DNA from: an uncultured Trueperaceae bacterium
GTDB lineage: Bacteria > Deinococcota > Deinococci > Deinococcales > Trueperaceae
Assembly (NCBI GenBank): GCA_963727505.1
Contig: CAVSGP010000008.1
Location: 1-64,000, forward strand
Reading direction: 5' to 3'
Length of the DNA stretch: 64,000 nucleotides
The notes beneath the pieces are model-generated. The model worked only from the letters and a program-made list of their open reading frames with translations, made no database searches and was not told the DNA's origin. Below are positions 56,909 to 64,000 of the stretch, piece by piece. Positions within the stretch are counted from its first letter, which is position 1, and each line of letters begins with the position of its first letter. Position numbers and translations under genes: made by a program.

Positions 56909-58083
56909 CGGATTCCGAACAGGGTGCGGCCGTTCCCGGCGATCTGGCAGCGATGACGGTGCTCGGCCTCATGTCGGGCACCTCGCTGGACGGGGTGGAC
57001 ACGGTCACCGTACGCCTGGCGCGGCGCGGCGGCCGGCTCGACTGGGAGGTGCTGGCGCGCGCTTCCCACCCCTACGACGATGCCCTGCGCGAGCGCTTGC
57101 AGCGCGCCATCGATCCGGCGCGCTCCGACGTGATCCTGTTGACCGAGCTCCACCAGGAGGTGGGGCGGGCCTACGCCGACGCGGCGGCTTCGGCCGCCGC
57201 GCGCCACCCGCTCGACCTGGTGGGCCTCTCGGGCCAGACCGTGTACCACATCCCCCGAGCCGACGAGGAACGGGGCTGGCACGTGGTGAGCACCCTGCAG
57301 CTGGGGGAGGCGAGTGTCGTGACCGAGCGTTGCTCGGTCGTGACGGTGTCGGACTTCCGGCAGGCGGACCTGGCGGCGGGCGGTCAGGGGGCGCCGATGG
57401 TGCCCTTCGCCGACCTACAGCTCTACCACCGGCCAGGGGAGCGGATCGCCGTGCAGAACATCGGCGGCATCGGCAACGTCACCGTGCTGCCGGCCGACGG
57501 CGACCCGGCGGCGGTGCAGGCGTTCGACACCGGTCCCGGCAATTGCCTGATGGACGAGGCGATGGAGTTGCTGTTCGACGAGCCGTTCGACGATCAGGGG
57601 CGGGTGGCGGCCTCGGGGCGCGTTCTGGGCGACGCCCTGCAGCGGCTGCTCTCCGAGCCCTACTTCGAGCTCCCGCCACCCAAGACCACCGGCCGCGAGC
57701 TGTTCACGCTTCCGCGCGCCATGGAGCGCGGCGGTCTCGAGGGCGCGGCCCCCGCCGACGTGGTCGCGACCCTGAACGCGTTCACCGTGGCGTCGATCGC
57801 GCAGGCGTACGAACGCCACGTGCTGCCCGGAGGCCTCGATGAGGTGCTGATCGCGGGCGGCGGCGCCCGCAACCCGGTCCTGGTCGAGGGACTGCGCCGG
57901 CGCCTGCCGGTGCGGGTCCGTACCTTCCGGGAGGCCGGCTACCAGGACAAGGACCGCGAGACGCTGGCGATGGCGGTGATGGCGTTCATGGCGTTCCACG
58001 GGGAGCCGAACGTGCTGCCCGCAGCGACGGGCGCGCGGCATCCGGTGATCGCGGGGAAGGTGTGCCGGCCCTACCGGGGTTGA
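56905..58083 (+). CDS. anmK: Anhydro-N-acetylmuramic acid kinase
   Basis: GLMSGTSLDGVD, GQTVYH, DFRQADLAAGGQGAP, NIGGIGN, FDTGPGN, PPKTTGRE. Confidence 0.96.
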   Translation: MTDSEQGAAVPGDLAAMTVLGLMSGTSLDGVDTVTVRLARRGGRLDWEVLARASHPYDDALRERLQRAIDPARSDVILLTELHQEVGRAYADAAASAAARHPLDLVGLSGQTVYHIPRADEERGWHVVSTLQLGEASVVTERCSVVTVSDFRQADLAAGGQGAPMVPFADLQLYHRPGERIAVQNIGGIGNVTVLPADGDPAAVQAFDTGPGNCLMDEAMELLFDEPFDDQGRVAASGRVLGDALQRLLSEPYFELPPPKTTGRELFTLPRAMERGGLEGAAPADVVATLNAFTVASIAQAYERHVLPGGLDEVLIAGGGARNPVLVEGLRRRLPVRVRTFREAGYQDKDRETLAMAVMAFMAFHGEPNVLPAATGARHPVIAGKVCRPYRG

Positions 58084-58089
58084 AGCGCG

Positions 58090-59826
58090 TCAGTCGTCCC
58101 CGCCGGCCCGCACCGGCGTGGGCCGCCCCTCGGGGGCGTCGATCATCTCCTTGAACGCCTCCATCGACTCCTGGGTGGCCACTACGGTCAGGCGGTCGCC
58201 CTCCTCCAGCATGGTGTTGCCGTCGGGGATCGAGGCCTGCTCGTTGTGCATCACGCCGGCGATGAGGACGTCGGAGGGGAGTCGTAGCTCGCGCAGCTTC
58301 TTGTTGGTGACGGGGCAGCCTGGCGGCACCTCGGTCATGTAGACGAACTCGTGGCGGCCCACCATCGGCACCGGCTCTCCGCGCGACAGCCGGTCGACGA
58401 ACTCACGATCGAGGATGGTGGGGTCGAGCGTGACCACCCGTTGCCGCAGCAGCTTGAGCACCGCCTGGTAGTACTCCTGCTGATGGACCGGGCTGTCGCC
58501 GGGATGCGCGACCTGCCACTCGTACAGGGTGGGGTACTTGGCGCGCCGCGTGAGCGTGTCCTGGATGACGTAACTGAGGGCCACGGTCAACATGGTCGGA
58601 ACGATCAGGCGGTAGCCGCCCGTCATCTCGGCGACCATGATGAGGGTCGCGAGCGGCACCCGGGCGGCGCCGGCGAAGATGGCGGCCATTCCGACCACGG
58701 CGAGCGCCTCCGGGCTCGGACCCGACGGCGTCAGGTAGTGAAGGAAGCTCGCCAGCGCACCGCCCAGCATGGCGCCGACGAACAGGGTGGGGCCGAAGAC
58801 TCCGCCCGAACCGCCGGAGCTGATGGTGAACGACATCGCTACGATCTTGCCGAAGGCCAGCAACACCATCAGCCACAACGCCAGCTTGCCGTCGATGGCG
58901 AGCTGCATGTAGCCGTAGCCCCCGCCCAGCAGCTGCGGCAGCGCCATGCCCAGCAAGCCGAGCATCAGGCCGCCGATGGCGGGCTTGACGTGGTTGGGGA
59001 CGGGCAGGGCGCGGAACCAGTCGCGCAGGCGATAGAAGACCCAGGGGATGAGGGTAGCCACCAGGCCGGCGGCGACGCCGAGGATCGCGAACCAGATGAG
59101 CTCGCGTACGCCGGTGAAGTCGAGCGGGGCGGGCAGCGCGAACAGCGGCGTCCAGCCGCTGAAGCTGCCGGTAACGGCGTAGGCGGTGGCGGCGCCGATC
59201 AGCGTGTAGACCAGCGCGCCGCCCTCGAAGGCCATCTCCCGGTACAGGATCTCCACGGCGAAGATGGCGGTGCCGAGCGGGCTCTTGAAGACCGCCGACA
59301 GACCGGCCGCCATGCCGACCAGCAGCAGGTAGCGGCGCTCCTCGGCAGGGAGCCTGAGGAGCGTTCCCATCACCGAGCCGAAGCCGGCCGCGATCTGCGC
59401 GGTCGGGCCTTCACGGCCCGCCGCGCCGCCCGATCCGATGGTGATGGCGCTGGCGACGGTCTTGAGGATCGGCACGCGGGCGCGCACGAAGCCGTCGAGA
59501 CGATGGTAGGCCTTGACGGCCGCGTCGGTACCGTGCCCCTCCGACTCCGGCGCGAACGTGTAGACCAGGAAGCCGACGACGAGACCACCCAGGGTGGTGG
59601 ATACCGGGATCAGCCAGTTGAGGTAGTGCTGCTGTGGGGGGCCCGCCAGGCCGGCGGCGGCGCCGGCCGAGAGGATGGGGTTGTGCGCCAGGCCGGCGAT
59701 GAGGTAGTGCGACACCCAGTCGATCATCCACTCGAAGAGTCGAGCGCCCAGAGCGCCCACGACCCCGAGGAGTACGCTGAGCAGAACGAGTCTGGAGGTG
59801 CGGTCGAGTCGGAGAAGCCAGTTCAC
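58090..59826 (-). CDS. ClC-family chloride channel/transporter with a C-terminal TrkA_C (RCK_C) domain
   Basis: GHGTD, GREGP, GGSGGVFGP, AEMTG; C-terminal KKLRELRLP..IPDGNTMLEEGDRL; start position uncertain. Confidence 0.88.
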   Translation of the reverse strand: MNWLLRLDRTSRLVLLSVLLGVVGALGARLFEWMIDWVSHYLIAGLAHNPILSAGAAAGLAGPPQQHYLNWLIPVSTTLGGLVVGFLVYTFAPESEGHGTDAAVKAYHRLDGFVRARVPILKTVASAITIGSGGAAGREGPTAQIAAGFGSVMGTLLRLPAEERRYLLLVGMAAGLSAVFKSPLGTAIFAVEILYREMAFEGGALVYTLIGAATAYAVTGSFSGWTPLFALPAPLDFTGVRELIWFAILGVAAGLVATLIPWVFYRLRDWFRALPVPNHVKPAIGGLMLGLLGMALPQLLGGGYGYMQLAIDGKLALWLMVLLAFGKIVAMSFTISSGGSGGVFGPTLFVGAMLGGALASFLHYLTPSGPSPEALAVVGMAAIFAGAARVPLATLIMVAEMTGGYRLIVPTMLTVALSYVIQDTLTRRAKYPTLYEWQVAHPGDSPVHQQEYYQAVLKLLRQRVVTLDPTILDREFVDRLSRGEPVPMVGRHEFVYMTEVPPGCPVTNKKLRELRLPSDVLIAGVMHNEQASIPDGNTMLEEGDRLTVVATQESMEAFKEMIDAPEGRPTPVRAGGDD

Positions 59827-60018
59827 GTGTCGGTCCCGGGCCCAGGCGACCGGGTGGCGCCCGCCATGCGCAGGCGTCCTCCGGAGGCGCCTCGGCGCCA
59901 AAGGAAGATTGTACATACAACGGGGTGTACCCGCAACCGGCAACGGCCCATGGCATCATGGGGGCGCCCAATGCTGCGCCGTCCGGGCGCGAGCGACGAC
60001 CGAAGGGAGGTGGAGCCC

Positions 60019-61638
60019 ATGGAGGAGGACATCGAAGAGGGTCTGGGCGGGGAACTGGATGCGGCCCCCGGCCACGCTTCCGCGATGGAGGCCGAGGGTT
60101 TGCTGTACGTGGTGCGGCCCGCGCCCGAGATGACGATCAAGGCTCCCACCACCCGCAACGCCTTCCGCAGGCGGCTCAAGGCCAACGTCGGGGACGCCGT
60201 CAAGCGCTGGGGGCTGCGCGCCCGGGTGCGTGCGCTCTACGGGCGCCTGATGGTGCGCATCGACCCGGGCGACGAGCGGCCCGACGCGGTGGCGGCGCGC
60301 GCCGCCGAGGCGCTGTCGCGCGTGTTCGGCGTGGCCTCGTTCTCGCCCGCCGAGGGCCATTGCCGCGCCGACCTCGACGCCATCGTCGCCATGGGCCGCG
60401 ATCTCTTCGCCGAGCGCGTGAAGGGGCGCCGCTACGCCGTGCGCTGCAAGCGTACCGGCAGCCACCCTTTCGGGTCGATGGACGTGGAGCGGCGGCTCGG
60501 TGCCGCGCTCAACGAGGGCGCTACCGTCGACCTGACGGACCCCGAGGTGACGGTGTCGGTGGAGATCACCGGCGGTCGCGCCGTCTTCTTCAGCGAGCGG
60601 CTGGCCGGTCCGGGCGGGTTGCCGTTGGGGACCGGCGGTCGCGCGCTGGTGCTGCTCTCCGGCGGGTACGACTCGGTGGTCGCCGCCTGGTACGTCATGA
60701 AGCGCGGCGTGGACGTCGATTTTCTGCACTGCCGCATGGGGGGGAGCGCGTCCGAGCGCCTGACGCTGCAGATCGCCAAGGTGTTCACCGACTACTGGGC
60801 GATGGGTAGCCGCCCGGACTTCTACGCCGTCGATTTCGCGCCGGTGGTCGAGGAGCTGCAGGCCTCATCGAGGCCCACCTACTGGCAGGTGGTGCTCAAG
60901 CGGCAGATGCTGCGCACCGGCGACGCGCTCGCCGACCGCATCGAGCGCGACCTGGACCTGCGCTCCAAGCAGCGCGGCGAGCGCCGCAAGCCGTCGATGG
61001 TGGACGCCCTGGTCACCGGCGAGGTGCTGGCGCAGGTGTCGTCGCAGACGCTGAGCAACCTGCGCGCCATCGACGGCGCCGCCGAGCGGCCGGTGCTGCG
61101 TCCGCTGGCGGGGCTCGACAAGCTGGAGATCATCCGGGGTGCCGAGCGCATCGGTACCGCCGCGCTGTCGGCGCAGGTGCGGGAGTTCTGCGCCATCACG
61201 CCAGTCCATCCCGTCACCTCGACCCGTCCGGGCGAGGTCGAGCGCCAGGAGGTCGGCCTCGACCCGGCGCGGCTGACGGCGCTGGTGGATCAGGCGGAGC
61301 GCCGACCCCTACGTGCGCTCACCCCGGCCGACCTCATGCTCCCCTACCTCTACGTCGAGGAGGTTCCCGACGGGGCGGTCGTGCTCGACTGCCGCCTGGA
61401 GGGCGCCCGCCGCGCCTGGAATCCCGACGGCGCCGTCCACGCGCCGCTTCCCGACCTGCTCGGCCGCCTGCGCGAGTTCGACAAGGCGCCCACCTACGTG
61501 CTGTTCTGCCAGTTCGGCACCCGCAGCGCGCAGGCGGCGGAGGTGATGCAGCAAGCGGGCTTCGAGGCCTACTCGTTCCGGGGCGGGGAGCGGGCGTTGC
61601 GCGCGCACCTCGAGGCGCCCACGCGCGTGTCTGTCTAG
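60019..61638 (+). CDS. thiI: tRNA 4-thiouridine synthase ThiI with a C-terminal rhodanese domain
   Basis: THUMP domain (RCKRTGSHPFGS, VDLTDPE); GGLPLG..LLSGGYDS PP-loop; QVSSQTL; EFC; FCQFGTRS rhodanese loop. Confidence 0.93.
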   Translation: MEEDIEEGLGGELDAAPGHASAMEAEGLLYVVRPAPEMTIKAPTTRNAFRRRLKANVGDAVKRWGLRARVRALYGRLMVRIDPGDERPDAVAARAAEALSRVFGVASFSPAEGHCRADLDAIVAMGRDLFAERVKGRRYAVRCKRTGSHPFGSMDVERRLGAALNEGATVDLTDPEVTVSVEITGGRAVFFSERLAGPGGLPLGTGGRALVLLSGGYDSVVAAWYVMKRGVDVDFLHCRMGGSASERLTLQIAKVFTDYWAMGSRPDFYAVDFAPVVEELQASSRPTYWQVVLKRQMLRTGDALADRIERDLDLRSKQRGERRKPSMVDALVTGEVLAQVSSQTLSNLRAIDGAAERPVLRPLAGLDKLEIIRGAERIGTAALSAQVREFCAITPVHPVTSTRPGEVERQEVGLDPARLTALVDQAERRPLRALTPADLMLPYLYVEEVPDGAVVLDCRLEGARRAWNPDGAVHAPLPDLLGRLREFDKAPTYVLFCQFGTRSAQAAEVMQQAGFEAYSFRGGERALRAHLEAPTRVSV

Positions 61639-61662
61639 GGTAACGGCCCGGCGGCTCGCGGC

Positions 61663-62580
61663 TCAGGCGGCGCTGGCGGTGGCCGCGCCGCGCAGCAGGC
61701 GCTGCAGCGCCCGGCGGCGGGCCGGTTCGAGGCGCGCGCCCATCACCAGCCACACGTCCACCCGGTCCTCGCCGGGCTCGACCGCCACCCGCGCCAGCCA
61801 GCCCGCCTCGCTCTCCGGACCGACGTAGGACCACACCGTCACGCCGATGCCCTGACCGGCCAGCACGGCCGCACGCACCGCAGCCGGGCCGCTCAGCTCC
61901 AGGGTGCGGCCGGGCTCGAGCCCGGCGTCGCGCATCTCCTGGCGGACGTGGGCGTTCAGGCTGCTGGAGCGCGAGGGCAGCAGCAGCGTCTCGCCGCGCA
62001 GGGCGGCGGGATCGACCAGCCCCTCGCGGGCCACGGGGTCATCGGGGAGGGTGGCGAGGCAGATCCGTTCGGTGCCGAGCCGCTCGACGGTGAGCGCAGG
62101 GTCGCGAGGCGGGGGCGCGCCGAGGGTGACGGCCGCGTCGAGGCTGCCCGCCTTCACGGCCTGGACGAGCGGGGTCGAGTAACCCTCCTGCAGCTCCGGC
62201 TCGAGCGGCGTTCCGAGGCCGGCCAGGCGCCGCGCCTCTCGCAGGAGCGCGCCGCTCAAGCGCGGCACCAGGTGATGACTGAGCCCCAGCCGCAGCGTGA
62301 GTGGCGTCGGCTCGGGGTTGGCCAGCGCGGCCGCCGCGCCGCGGAGGGCGGCGTCGATAGCGCGGGCGTGGGGCAGGAGCGCCCGTCCCTGAGCGGTCAA
62401 GGCCGCGCCCTGGGGGCCGCGGCGCAGCAGAGGTGCGGTTCCGGTGCGCTGCAACGCCGCCAGGCGCCGGCTGACCGCGGACTGGCTGATGCCGAGCTCG
62501 CGGGCCGCCTCGCTCTCGCTGCCGGCGTCGGCGACGGCGAGGAGGGTGAGCAGGTGGGTCGCATCGGGGCGTTCGGGCAT
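61663..62580 (-). CDS. LysR-family transcriptional regulator
   Basis: GSESEAARELGISQSAVSRRL helix-turn-helix; LTAQG; AVLAGQGI. Confidence 0.9.
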   Translation of the reverse strand: MPERPDATHLLTLLAVADAGSESEAARELGISQSAVSRRLAALQRTGTAPLLRRGPQGAALTAQGRALLPHARAIDAALRGAAAALANPEPTPLTLRLGLSHHLVPRLSGALLREARRLAGLGTPLEPELQEGYSTPLVQAVKAGSLDAAVTLGAPPPRDPALTVERLGTERICLATLPDDPVAREGLVDPAALRGETLLLPSRSSSLNAHVRQEMRDAGLEPGRTLELSGPAAVRAAVLAGQGIGVTVWSYVGPESEAGWLARVAVEPGEDRVDVWLVMGARLEPARRRALQRLLRGAATASAA

Positions 62581-62825
62581 GCCCTATTATGAACCCAGCG
62601 CATAGTAGGTGCGGGTGTTCACCAGAAAGGCCGTGGGGCACGCGGTGCGACGCGGCCGGAGGGTGCCGGGGGGTTGTTCGCACCCCCTGGTCGGAACGTA
62701 CAGGTGGGCTTTCGGTTTGGCAGGCAGGGCGGAGCGACGGGTGGACCTCGAGGCGTGCCGCCCGGCCTTCTCCGCTCCCTGTTCCGCTGCCTGTTGCGCG
62801 GCCGACCACGACCGTGGATCGTGCG

Positions 62826-62910
62826 GCCCGTTCTCGTCCGGCTCGCGTTTGTCCGGCTCGCGTTTGTCCGGTTCGCGTTCGTGTGGCCCGTTCTCGTCCG
62901 GCTCACGGTC
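62826..62910. repeat. Degenerate 15-nt tandem repeat
   Basis: gtccggctcgcgttt-type units. Confidence 0.7.
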
Positions 62911-63170
62911 GCTCGACCTGTGTTCGTTCAACCAGGCTTTACGTTGGATCCAGGGCGCGCACGAGCCCCCCGGCCCCTCGGAGCTCCGTGGGCGCGAGGC
63001 CCGTCGAACGCGACCTTCGGCCTGGGCCACGGCGATGCGCCCCTTCTGTTCTCCGGCGACCCTCCGACCCGCCCTGCTCCCGCTACCATGACGCTGTCGA
63101 ATGCGGCCGACCCGGTGCGCCCGACCGGTTCGCCCGGGCGGTGCGCCCGACCGGCGCGCGGAGGTGCTTG

Positions 63171-63234
63171 CTATGCGCATGGCTCATATAAGGTCGCGCG
63201 TTCCGTTGACCATATCCCGGAGGGGTATTAGTCT
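63171..63234 (+). promoter_or_regulatory. Promoter TTGACC-N17-TAGTCT with a CsoR/CstR-like operator as the spacer and an upstream LysR box
   Basis: TTGACC 63206-63211; ATATCCCGGAGGGGTAT 63212-63228; TAGTCT 63229-63234; ATGCGCATGGCTCAT 63173-63187. Confidence 0.7.
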
Positions 63235-63282
63235 TGACCCATGCCCCGCGGCCCACGGCACGCTGTTGCCGGCCGGGCGCGG

Positions 63283-63347
63283 CGCCACCCCTACCCGCGA
63301 CACCCCTACCCGCGACACCCCCACCCGCGACACCCCCACCCACGACG
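63283..63347 (+). repeat. 15-nt tandem repeat (cgcgacaccc[c/t]acc-like, about 4 copies)
   Basis: Directly visible in the leader of the MBL gene. Confidence 0.8.
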
Positions 63348-63395
63348 TGAACCCCGTCGCAACGAGCAAGCTCAGCAAGGCGTGAAGGGAGACGG

Positions 63396-64000
63396 ATGTT
63401 CTTCAAGCACTTCTACGACACGGACCTGGCCCAGGGTAGCTACCTGATCGGGTGCCAGGCCAGCGGGGAAGCCATCGTGGTGGACCCGCGCCGGGACGTG
63501 CGCATGTACCTGGACGAGGCCGCGGCCCAGGGGCTGCGGATCGTCGCCGTCACGGAGACGCACATCCACGCCGACTACCTGTCGGGCTCGCGAGAGCTCG
63601 CGCAGGCGGCTGGCGCACGCCTCTACCTCTCCGACGAGGGCGCCCCCAGGGCCGAGGGAGACGAGGACTGGAGCTACGGCTTCGATCACGTCGGGCTTCG
63701 CAACGGCGACGCCATCCGCATCGGCAACATCGAGATCGAAGCGCTGCATACCCCCGGCCACACACCCGAGCATCTCTCCTTCCTGGTGACCGACGGCGGC
63801 CTGACCGAGCGCCCCGGTTACCTGTTGAGCGGCGACTTCGTGTTCGTCGGCGATGTCGGTCGGCCCGACCTGCTCGACGAGGCCGCGGGCGGCGTCGACA
63901 CCCGCTTCTCGGGCGCGAAGCAGCTCTTCGCCAGCCTGCGCGACGTCTTCCTGCCCCTCCCCGACTTCGTCCAGGTATGGCCCGGCCACGGCGCCGGGAG
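63396..64000 (+). CDS. MBL-fold metallo-hydrolase, persulfide-dioxygenase/CstB-like (3'-truncated by window edge)
   Basis: Absent from the ORF track; [68 protein letters not shown]. Confidence 0.9.
   Translation, partial: MFFKHFYDTDLAQGSYLIGCQASGEAIVVDPRRDVRMYLDEAAAQGLRIVAVTETHIHADYLSGSRELAQAAGARLYLSDEGAPRAEGDEDWSYGFDHVGLRNGDAIRIGNIEIEALHTPGHTPEHLSFLVTDGGLTERPGYLLSGDFVFVGDVGRPDLLDEAAGGVDTRFSGAKQLFASLRDVFLPLPDFVQVWPGHGAG

Noticed and set aside
58351..60018. 1095-aa ORF as an N-terminally extended ThiI
   Set aside because: The extension is the antisense shadow of the ClC gene; a good RBS and ATG lie at 60019
62587..63231. Overlapping 160-200 aa ORFs between lysR and the MBL gene
   Set aside because: They are low complexity, repeat-derived and have no recognisable motif or RBS; long ORFs arise by chance at this GC content
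63372..63989. 205-aa minus-strand ORF
   Set aside because: It is the antisense shadow of the plus-strand MBL hydrolase
1..64000. Numerous Arg/Pro/Ala-rich ORFs in the track; tRNA, rRNA, IS or prophage genes
   Set aside because: The ORFs are shadows of real genes in a high-GC genome; I saw no structural RNA, transposase, integrase or phage signature

Overview
This is a 64 kb, very GC-rich bacterial chromosomal segment with about 50 genes. I saw no rRNA, tRNA, CRISPR array or intact mobile element. Gene style and several apparently leaderless genes suggest Deinococcota (Trueperaceae-like), but that is inference only. Three main modules stand out. (1) 13.6-23.7 kb: a LacI-controlled hexuronate operon (uxaE, uxuB, a LarA-family nickel-pincer epimerase, gntK, uxaC) with a divergent TRAP transporter; it lacks uxuA/kdgK/eda and appears to route hexuronates to 6-phosphogluconate. 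(2) 28.9-34.0 kb: a GldA / GldF-GldG fusion / DUF4340 ABC system of unknown function. (3) 42.7-58.1 kb: a large peptidoglycan-salvage locus (SIS deaminase, murQ, GntR, sugar ABC, a NamZ-like muramidase fused to a BadF-type amino-sugar kinase, a CE7 acetyl esterase, an Opp-type ABC, an AmiE-like amidase and anmK). Other notable items: an MFS exporter fused to a cytidylate-kinase-like domain; a membrane PAS/GAF sensor with no output domain; a triplicated oppC 3' end whose intact copies differ only synonymously; two single-base frameshifts (possibly assembly errors); and a sulfur locus (thiI, LysR, persulfide-dioxygenase-like MBL) with readable LysR and CsoR/CstR-like operators. All family assignments come from recognising motifs by eye, not from database searches.
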